From Candidatus Babeliales bacterium (GTDB lineage Bacteria > Babelota > Babeliae > Babelales > Vermiphilaceae): 24,952 bases of DNA. The notes below the pieces were generated by a model, which searched no databases, was not told the DNA's origin, and worked only from the letters and a program-made list of their open reading frames with translations. Below, one piece after another: positions 17,831-24,952 of the stretch (positions within the stretch are counted from its first letter, which is position 1; each line of letters starts with the position of its first letter). The position numbers and the translations under genes are program-made. The stretch is taken from NCBI GenBank assembly GCA_044451405.1, contig JBIOKB010000014.1, positions 1 to 24,952 on the forward strand, read 5' to 3'.

Positions 17831-18556
17831 GTGGAAACCATTGATGTATCAACTGCATATACACAGAATCTCCCAACAACATTAGACAAATCAGATCCAC
17901 TTGGTGATGGCATTAGTTCACTTGAATTAATACGCGCATCAGGCTCTGATGTTGATGTAGTAAATGCAGCGCGTGTTTCATATGGCAAGCATACCACTAC
18001 GTTAACAGAACGTGATCAAGCACTCATTAATTATTTAGTAGAACATTCACACACCAGCCCATTTGAACACAATCAACTCTCATTCCGCGTTAAATGTCCA
18101 CTCTATGTCGCACGCCAGTGGATGCGGCATCGCATGAATTCATATAACGAGATTAGTTACCGCTATGTTAAAGCTCCACTTGAATTTTATGTGCCCAACA
18201 AGTGGCGCTATCAGGATAAAAAAAATCGCCAAGGGTCGGTGGGCGAATTTGATAACGAACACTTTACTCAGCAGTACAAAGATACCATCGCTACGATCGT
18301 AAAAACCTATGAACAATTATTAGAAAACGATGTGTGTCGCGAATTGGCACGCGGGTTATTACCGCTATGTACCTACACTGAGTTTATTTATACGTGCAAT
18401 CTCCATTCACTCACCCATTTTTTAAAACTTCGCTTGCATCCTGGTGCGCAATATGAAATCAGACAATATGCATTAGGCTTACTCGAGCTCGCAACGCCAC
18501 ATTTTCCTGCTTCACTGAAAGCTTGGAAGAAATTCCACATGCCTGAAAATTTTTAA
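17831..18556 (+). CDS. thyX: Flavin-dependent thymidylate synthase
   Basis: AARVSY, HTSPFEH, RHRMNSYNEISYRY (ThyX motif), ELARGLLP and AQYEIR. GTG start with AAGGA RBS. Confidence 0.97.
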   Translation: METIDVSTAYTQNLPTTLDKSDPLGDGISSLELIRASGSDVDVVNAARVSYGKHTTTLTERDQALINYLVEHSHTSPFEHNQLSFRVKCPLYVARQWMRHRMNSYNEISYRYVKAPLEFYVPNKWRYQDKKNRQGSVGEFDNEHFTQQYKDTIATIVKTYEQLLENDVCRELARGLLPLCTYTEFIYTCNLHSLTHFLKLRLHPGAQYEIRQYALGLLELATPHFPASLKAWKKFHMPENF

Positions 18557-18593
18557 CATAACTAACATTATCAAGTGCATGTGCTCAAAAATT

Positions 18594-18624
18594 AAGGCCG
18601 ACTCTCGCAAAGAAAGTCGGCCTT
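18594..18624. terminator. Probable bidirectional intrinsic terminator
   Basis: AAGGCCGACT...AGTCGGCCTT 10-bp stem between convergent thyX and pepA. Confidence 0.8.
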
Positions 18625-18640
18625 TGTTATTAACAAGTTA

Positions 18641-20149
18641 TTATTTATTCCAAGACATAATTAAATCTATAAACAGGCGAACGCCGGCGCCGGTGGCACC
18701 TTCAGGACGGTAAAATGGCAAATCAGGAACATCAAGCGCAGTCCCTGCAATATCAAGATGTGCCCATGGCGTATCACCAACAAAGCTTTGTAAAAAGAAC
18801 GCTGCCGTGATAGCTCCTGCGCGATATTTGCCACTGCCAATATTACATAAATCAGCTACATGGGATTTTACTGCTGCTTTATAATCATTATCAAACGGCA
18901 ACGGCCATACACGATCACCGGTGCGTTTACCGGATGCAATAATGCGTTCTGTAAGATCGTCATGCTGACTCATAAGCCCACTAAAAAATGGCCCGAGCGC
19001 ATGTGAGCAAGCACCGGTTAACGTTGCAATATCAATAATAACATCAGGCTTATAATGTTTTACTGCATACGAAAGTGCATCAGCCAAAATGAGGCGCCCT
19101 TCCGCATCAGTATTTTTAACTTCTGCTGTTTTACCATTATAAAAGGTTACGATATCACCCGGCTTGGTTGCTTTACCACTCGGTAAATTTTCAGCCATTG
19201 GCGCAAGTGCTATTACATTCACCTGCGGTTTTAATTGGGCAAGTGCACGCATCACGCTAATAACCGCAGCAGCACCGGACATATCATCTTTCATAGCTTC
19301 CATATTTGCAGCAGGCTTAATACTAATACCACCAGAATCAAAGGTGATCCCTTTACCCACAATAGCAATCGTTGGCGCTTTGGGTTTTTCTGTATGATAT
19401 TCAAGAATCGCTAAGCGACATTCTTCATCTGAACCACGGGAAACCCCTGCTAATCCACCCATACCCATTTGGGTTACTTCTTGTTCATTAAATACGGTAA
19501 CTTTAAGGCCATTTTTACGAGCAATTTCAACGGCATGATCTGCTAAAATGGTTGGCGTCATACCGCGCGGTGGCATATCAATCCAATGGCGTGCATCATT
19601 CACCGCATCAGCAATAATCGTACCTTCATCAACACCAGCTTGAAGCTCTGCTTCACCTTTACCGAGTAAAAACACTTCTGTTACATGCTTTTTCTTAGCT
19701 TCTTTATCGGTAATAAATTCATCAAACGTGTACGCTGCTAAGCGCAGGGCAATGGTTGTTTCTTTTGCTACATCGCTGGTTAACAAACCAAGCACAGAAT
19801 CATCAGGAAGATGTAAGGCAATATGGGCGCAGCGCAATGATTCAGCGGTACGGGCAATGCGGGCTACGGCGCGGCGATACTGTTCAACATCAATTAACCC
19901 ATCACTCGTTCGTTTTCCTAACCCCACCATAACCAGCTGTACTACTTTACCATTATGCATCGCAGGCAACGTAAAAACACTCTGCGCTTTTCCCGTAAAA
20001 TCACGGGTTTTAATATACGTGCGCACATCAACAAAGAGTGGCGACATACGCTCAAGTTCTGCAGGTAATGGCGCGTCTTGTTCTACAACAAAGGCTATAC
20101 ATTCAGGATTATGCTCAAGGGCATATTTAGAGCTTACTAACAATAACAT
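18641..20149 (-). CDS. pepA: Leucyl aminopeptidase (M17)
   Basis: VGKGITFDSGG, MKDDMSGAA, NTDAEGRL, DIATLTGA and WAHLDIAG. Confidence 0.96.
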   Translation of the reverse strand: MLLLVSSKYALEHNPECIAFVVEQDAPLPAELERMSPLFVDVRTYIKTRDFTGKAQSVFTLPAMHNGKVVQLVMVGLGKRTSDGLIDVEQYRRAVARIARTAESLRCAHIALHLPDDSVLGLLTSDVAKETTIALRLAAYTFDEFITDKEAKKKHVTEVFLLGKGEAELQAGVDEGTIIADAVNDARHWIDMPPRGMTPTILADHAVEIARKNGLKVTVFNEQEVTQMGMGGLAGVSRGSDEECRLAILEYHTEKPKAPTIAIVGKGITFDSGGISIKPAANMEAMKDDMSGAAAVISVMRALAQLKPQVNVIALAPMAENLPSGKATKPGDIVTFYNGKTAEVKNTDAEGRLILADALSYAVKHYKPDVIIDIATLTGACSHALGPFFSGLMSQHDDLTERIIASGKRTGDRVWPLPFDNDYKAAVKSHVADLCNIGSGKYRAGAITAAFFLQSFVGDTPWAHLDIAGTALDVPDLPFYRPEGATGAGVRLFIDLIMSWNK

Positions 20150-20246
20150 GGGGCCTCATGACGTGATATAATATGAAACAGCTATAAAATTACTCGATGT
20201 TGAGCATAGCAAAAAGAGTGGTAACCGCCAAAAACAACTTAGATGA

Positions 20247-20885
20247 TCACGGTATCGTAAAACCAAACCCTACATTCGCTGGATTTTCTTCATCATAGAC
20301 TGCGTTAAAGTTAGAATTTGGGTAGCCATAAAAGACGTTATCCCACGTTTGCTCATTAAGTCCTTGGTAATAGGCTTCCTGTTTATATTCCACACGAAGA
20401 TCAATTGCATGTCCTAAATGGCGCTCAATAAAGGCATGGAGTTGTTCAGGCGTTGCTGAACCAGACAGCACCGCGATACCGCCATTTTTAGCATGCACCG
20501 GCACCCCATGTTTAAATAACATAAAAGTTGGAAATTTTTTAATACCATACTCATTGGCAACGGCATCAAGACCTCTGTAGGCAACGTTCACTTTAATAAA
20601 CATGAGATCAGCTTTGTGATACTGCTTATTGTGTCTGGTTGTGTTTATAGTCCGTTGCGCGTTTTTATTTGTATGCACTTGGATATGACATGCCGCTTGT
20701 GGATGTTTTTTAGAACAGGTTACCAACTGTTTATCTTGATCGTAGAAAAAAACTACCGAAAATGGCTGTTGTTTTAACAGGCTATGAAACGTTGATGCAG
20801 AGCGCACTGCTTTATGCGGCGCACTACCCACACTCAGCGTAGGTATACACAATAATAGGCCTACTACTATACTGTATTTTTTCAT
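20247..20885 (-). CDS. Secreted thioredoxin-fold protein lacking CxxC
   Basis: Signal peptide, then FSVVFFY, FIKVNV and YGIKKFPTFMLFKHG thioredoxin-fold segments. TAATG coupling to the upstream hydrolase. Confidence 0.75.
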   Translation of the reverse strand: MKKYSIVVGLLLCIPTLSVGSAPHKAVRSASTFHSLLKQQPFSVVFFYDQDKQLVTCSKKHPQAACHIQVHTNKNAQRTINTTRHNKQYHKADLMFIKVNVAYRGLDAVANEYGIKKFPTFMLFKHGVPVHAKNGGIAVLSGSATPEQLHAFIERHLGHAIDLRVEYKQEAYYQGLNEQTWDNVFYGYPNSNFNAVYDEENPANVGFGFTIP

Positions 20886-21973
20886 TACCCTCTCCTTTGT
20901 TCGTGAAGTATCTCTTCAATATCTTCAACAATTTCTTGCTTTTGCGTGGTATATAACGTTCCTTGCAATGCTAGATCTAAAAAATTACGTACCGTCTCGG
21001 TATATTTCTCAGGATTATAAAAGTAGGAATCAAAATGCCAGCGTCCGTTGGTTAACCATAACTTTTTATAGCTTGCTGCTGAATTGTTATAGATTGCTTT
21101 TATACCTTCTATAGATACTCGCTTATCTTTTTTACATGATATAAAGAGCGATGGCACTGATACTTTACTCACCGTTTTCACCGGCGTTACAGGACACATG
21201 TGCGTAGTAATATTACGCGGGTCCATTTGGGCCACCGTTTTAAGAATAATCTTAACTAATGATTGCACATATGGATGGAATGCATATTTATTTAATAGTT
21301 CTCGTCCAGGAATATTAATTTCATAGCCTAATATTGAAAATTTTACATCATCCAGGCCACGACGTAATACATTTTCCATAGTGTCAAACGGACAATCAAG
21401 AATCATTGCTTTAAATAGTGAAGGATCTTTAGCTTGCGCTTCAATAGCAGCTACCGCTCCCATGGAAAAGCCATACACAAAAATTGGTGCATCTTTTACC
21501 TGAGGATGGTTCTTAATAAAATGTGCTGCAGCCAGTACATCATATGCTTCATCACGGCCAAAGGTACAACATTGCCCTCGCGTATTTTCTCCATGAGCCC
21601 TAAAATCAAAACTCAACACGTTAAATTTGCCTGCCGGAAACATACCACGCAGGATACCTTGGTCATATTTATCACACATAAAGCCATGGCACATAACTAC
21701 CGTACCCACCGCATCGGGATAACGAATTAAAAGGCCGCTCCGTTCTATTTTTTTATCTGATTGGGAGTTTTCCTGAGAAAATAGGGTAACTTTTTCTGCG
21801 ACAGCACCGTTAATATAGGTGGGATCACTATGGACTGTAGTGCCGTAGGGATTAACCGGGGGGGGTAATTGGCTTGCCTTCAGGAGGGGCATGACAAAGC
21901 TGCTGCTCATAAGCAACAGACAAAGCATGTTAAGTTTATAACCCCCGAGCATGACAGCTCCCTTATATAGCAT
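20885..21973 (-). CDS. Alpha/beta hydrolase, probably secreted (start uncertain)
   Basis: CHGF, FDFRAHGE, GFSMG nucleophile elbow, with candidate Asp (KKDKRV) and His (GRWHF). Confidence 0.9.
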   Translation of the reverse strand: MLYKGAVMLGGYKLNMLCLLLMSSSFVMPLLKASQLPPPVNPYGTTVHSDPTYINGAVAEKVTLFSQENSQSDKKIERSGLLIRYPDAVGTVVMCHGFMCDKYDQGILRGMFPAGKFNVLSFDFRAHGENTRGQCCTFGRDEAYDVLAAAHFIKNHPQVKDAPIFVYGFSMGAVAAIEAQAKDPSLFKAMILDCPFDTMENVLRRGLDDVKFSILGYEINIPGRELLNKYAFHPYVQSLVKIILKTVAQMDPRNITTHMCPVTPVKTVSKVSVPSLFISCKKDKRVSIEGIKAIYNNSAASYKKLWLTNGRWHFDSYFYNPEKYTETVRNFLDLALQGTLYTTQKQEIVEDIEEILHEQRRG

Positions 21974-22089
21974 ATTCTATTATATTTTAACCACCCGTTC
22001 CTATCTCGATCATAGCAAGTATGATTTTCTATTTGCAACATTTTTAATTTTATTTATATATAGCTACTAAAGTGCTTTAGAGCATCGAT

Positions 22090-22117
22090 TTGACATTCTG
22101 AGGTGGCACCTTAGGCT
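22090..22117 (+). promoter_or_regulatory. Putative sigma70 promoter
   Basis: TTGACA (22090-22095), 16-nt spacer, TAGGCT (22112-22117). Confidence 0.5.
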
Positions 22118-22148
22118 GATAACTACATCAACAAAGAAAGATTTTTTT

Positions 22149-23237
22149 ATGAACGTTATATATCGCTACTTCCATGCCCATTCACTGCTCCTTGCCGGCA
22201 TGCTCACCCTTACTGCACATGCAGATTCTTTTTTTGATACCCCAGGAACCAAGCAAACCTCCTACGTATATTGTCCCGGATTGTTAGGAAGCCCGGTAGT
22301 TATGGGCCGTTATTGCCCCTCATTTATGGCCCCCACTCATGAAGAAATTACCTGGGAACATGGTGGCCATGTTATTGATCACCCCTATAGCGCGGTTACG
22401 TTTGCTGAAATCGTTACAGAAAAACCTCGCTTTTGTTATAACCCCCTTACCTGGCCAACCAATGGATTTCGTTCTATAGCCTATCCTATTGCCAAAGCTA
22501 TCGGTAAAAAACGGTATGGATTACAGATTACCGAACATGAGCATACTGCAACCTCAATTGCTCACTATTTTTTTGATATAAGCGCGATAAATATTGGCCA
22601 AGATCATGATGTTGAACTTCTTAATACTACCCTTACCCAGCACCGCCTCTGCCATCCACATACCCATATTGTGCTGTATGGTGATTCACGGGGTGCTGCC
22701 ACCATTATCAATTTTCTTGGACTCGACTACGATTACACCAACATTAAAGCAGTCGTTCTTGAAGGTATATTTGATTCTATTGACCATCTTTTAACCCACT
22801 ATCGCGCATCTAAAATACCTGGCATGAAACGGGCACTCCATGCCACACTCAAAGCATGTGCAGGAACCTATAAAGAAGATGGGGTGTTTCCTCGCGATAC
22901 TATTACCAAGATACCAGCTCATATTCCGATACTCTTTGTAACATCACTTAACGATGAAATTGTCCCCTATCAATGCACCATGCGTTTATACAACACCATA
23001 CAAGAACGCCCTAACGCGCATCTACTGGTACTCAAAAAAGCAAACCATATGGATTATATGTATCATGAAAAAGAGAGGTATGAATCAGTCGTCCATGCAT
23101 TTTATAAAGAGTATGGTGTGGCTTATAACACACAAAAAGCCAAGCGTGGCACCAAAACATTTGCCACAACACGGCCTACAAAAGACTATCTGCGCACAAC
23201 CTATCATCTTCATGATGCATGCTGTGCGCAGATATAG
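22149..23237 (+). CDS. Alpha/beta hydrolase with signal peptide
   Basis: Signal ending AHA-D, YGDSRGA nucleophile elbow, AVVLEGIFD, NDEIVP (Asp) and ANH (His). Confidence 0.88.
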   Translation: MNVIYRYFHAHSLLLAGMLTLTAHADSFFDTPGTKQTSYVYCPGLLGSPVVMGRYCPSFMAPTHEEITWEHGGHVIDHPYSAVTFAEIVTEKPRFCYNPLTWPTNGFRSIAYPIAKAIGKKRYGLQITEHEHTATSIAHYFFDISAINIGQDHDVELLNTTLTQHRLCHPHTHIVLYGDSRGAATIINFLGLDYDYTNIKAVVLEGIFDSIDHLLTHYRASKIPGMKRALHATLKACAGTYKEDGVFPRDTITKIPAHIPILFVTSLNDEIVPYQCTMRLYNTIQERPNAHLLVLKKANHMDYMYHEKERYESVVHAFYKEYGVAYNTQKAKRGTKTFATTRPTKDYLRTTYHLHDACCAQI

Positions 23238-23256
23238 ATTCTCTTAATATACCGTT

Positions 23257-24696
23257 TTATTTTGCTTGTTCTGCCGTTATAAATTGGCTTACAAAATCCT
23301 TTAATTCCTGTCTATTCATAGTCTCATGATAGCGCGCTAGAAGCGTATCTTTTTTAACCACTACAAGACACGGCACTTTATATACAAAGAACTTTTGAGC
23401 AAGATCAACTGCTTGTTCAGCATTCACCTTAAAGAACTGTGCTTTACCGATAAATTCTCCCGCTACTGATGCCACAAGCGGCATCATCTGCAAGCAGGTA
23501 GGACACGTATCGGTATAAAAATCTAAGACAACAAGTGCATCAGTTGATTGGGTAATCTTGCCAAGATCAGCTAAAGATCCAAGAGAAGGAAGTTCTTCGA
23601 TTTTAAGTTCTTCAACCTGCAACGCGCCTTTAAATTGAGATGCCATTGATGGCGTAAAGCCTAGTTCAGTTAAAAAGTTAACTGCATCAAGTGCCGCACT
23701 TGCTCCCCGCCCTGCTGATACAATTGCCTGACGATAGCGATTATCTTCTACTTCTCCGGCAGCAAAAACTCCCGTAATACTGGTTTCTTGTGTTTTACCC
23801 TTGGTAAGAATGTAGCCATTATCATCGGTGGTCACTGAACCCTTCACGAGAAGAGAATTTGGCGTATGCCCTATGGCCAAGAATAACCCGCTGACGGCCA
23901 TATGATTTACTTCATTGGTTGTGGCATCAAGCAGTTCAATACCGGTGACATGATGTTCATCACCCATAACTTTTTGTACCTGGACGTTATAGCGTATGGT
24001 AATAGTTGGATAGCCTTTAAGCCGTTGCTGCATACGGGCAGCGGCACGCATTTTGTCTTTACGCACTAGAATAGTAACACTCTTTGCATATTGGGCTAAT
24101 TGAATAGCTTCTTCAATGGCAGAATCACCGCCACCTACTACCACCACGTCCTCATTTTTATAAAAGGCAGCATCACACACGGCACAGGTTCCCACCCCTC
24201 TTCCCCAATATTCCTGCTCTCCTGGGATACCTAAGGTAAAAGGTGTAGCGCCCGTTGCCAGAATGATAGATAAGGCATGGAGCTCTTTGCCGTTATCAGT
24301 TTCAATTGTGTAGGGCCATGAAGAGAAATCAATATTAAGAACCGTATCGTGCATAAATTCTACCCCCAATTTCTGAGCATGCTTTTCCATGTTGCCAATA
24401 AGATTGGGTCCCATAATCAGTTGCTCACCCGGCCAATTTTCTACATCGGTTGTTTGGGTTAATAATCCTCCTGGCAACGGCCCTTTAATAACAACCGTTT
24501 TAATCATGCTCCGCGCTCCATAAATGGCAGCCGGCAACCCCGCTGACCCTGAACCAATGATGACCAGCGGCACTACGTTTTGGAAACCCAAGGCTTTTTG
24601 AAGATCAAAGGAGTGTTCAGCCCGCGTCCACATGCACCCTTGCATCAGAAGCAATGAACTTATTAATAACCCACCCATAAGCATGCGTGAAACCAT
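23257..24696 (-). CDS. trxB: Thioredoxin reductase fused to a C-terminal thioredoxin domain, with lipoprotein-like signal peptide
   Basis: IIGSGSAG, VENWPG, ILATGA, CAVC active site, VVGGGDSA, FLAIGH and C-terminal VVLDFYTDTCPTC. ATG 24696 has an AAAGGG RBS and gives 479 aa. Confidence 0.92.
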   Translation of the reverse strand: MVSRMLMGGLLISSLLLMQGCMWTRAEHSFDLQKALGFQNVVPLVIIGSGSAGLPAAIYGARSMIKTVVIKGPLPGGLLTQTTDVENWPGEQLIMGPNLIGNMEKHAQKLGVEFMHDTVLNIDFSSWPYTIETDNGKELHALSIILATGATPFTLGIPGEQEYWGRGVGTCAVCDAAFYKNEDVVVVGGGDSAIEEAIQLAQYAKSVTILVRKDKMRAAARMQQRLKGYPTITIRYNVQVQKVMGDEHHVTGIELLDATTNEVNHMAVSGLFLAIGHTPNSLLVKGSVTTDDNGYILTKGKTQETSITGVFAAGEVEDNRYRQAIVSAGRGASAALDAVNFLTELGFTPSMASQFKGALQVEELKIEELPSLGSLADLGKITQSTDALVVLDFYTDTCPTCLQMMPLVASVAGEFIGKAQFFKVNAEQAVDLAQKFFVYKVPCLVVVKKDTLLARYHETMNRQELKDFVSQFITAEQAK

Positions 24697-24774
24697 ATAT
24701 TTCCCTTTGGTAGTTAGCCTGTCATTTCCCGCTAAAATAGTGTGCTTCATGCACACCAATGATGGGCAGGCATA

Positions 24775-24803
24775 TCGACAAACATGATAGACCAGTTTAT
24801 ACT
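24775..24803 (+). promoter_or_regulatory. sigma70-type promoter
   Basis: TCGACA, 17-nt spacer, TATACT. Similar to the 538-565 promoter. Confidence 0.6.
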
Positions 24804-24866
24804 CATCTTAATTCTTTATGTATTATCGTTCTATTTGTTTTCTCTTTAATGGAAGTCTTATCTCAT

Positions 24867-24952
24867 ATGAAAATATCAAATGGTAAAAAAATACTACTCG
24901 TCGTATTAATTGGTTCTGTCAGTATAACCAATCTTGGGTTAATCGCCAATGA
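24867..24952 (+). CDS. 5' end of a probable secreted protein, truncated by the window edge
   Basis: MKISNGKKILLVVLIGSVSITNLGLIAN..., open to the window end, with an alternative in-frame ATG at 24849. Confidence 0.6.
   Translation, partial: MKISNGKKILLVVLIGSVSITNLGLIAN

Noticed and set aside
1125-23247. Numerous 60-150 aa alternative-frame or antisense ORFs (for example 3766..4113, 7602..7901, 19728..20171, 21434..21730)
   Set aside because: They lie within or opposite well-supported genes and have no recognisable motifs, so they are treated as shadow ORFs.
24697-24759. Longer TrxB start at 24759
   Set aside because: It is a non-ATG start with no clear RBS, whereas ATG 24696 has an RBS and gives a coherent signal peptide.

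Overview
Bacterial chromosomal window of about 40% GC. Gene content suggests a host-associated lineage such as Candidatus Babelota/Dependentiae (TM6); this is an inference from the signal-peptide ankyrin protein, many secreted orphans and scattered housekeeping genes. A Xer recombination (dif-like) site lies at 366-393, close to an apparent strand-skew inversion, so the window probably starts at the replication terminus. Housekeeping genes are ruvC, an HtrA/Deg protease, dnaB, rplI, lnt, three minor-pilin-like genes, ileS, murD, ftsW, thyX and pepA. Accessory genes are an ankyrin protein, a frameshifted small secreted gene, a 786-aa secreted orphan, two paralogous secreted orphans between murD and ftsW, two alpha/beta hydrolases, a CxxC-less thioredoxin-fold protein and a thioredoxin reductase-thioredoxin fusion with a lipoprotein-like signal peptide. 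The most notable observations are the dif site, a promoter/leader sequence shared by secreted-protein genes 24 kb apart, the apparently exported TrxB-Trx fusion and a REP-like hairpin. No CRISPR array, tRNA, rRNA, transposase or integrase was seen.
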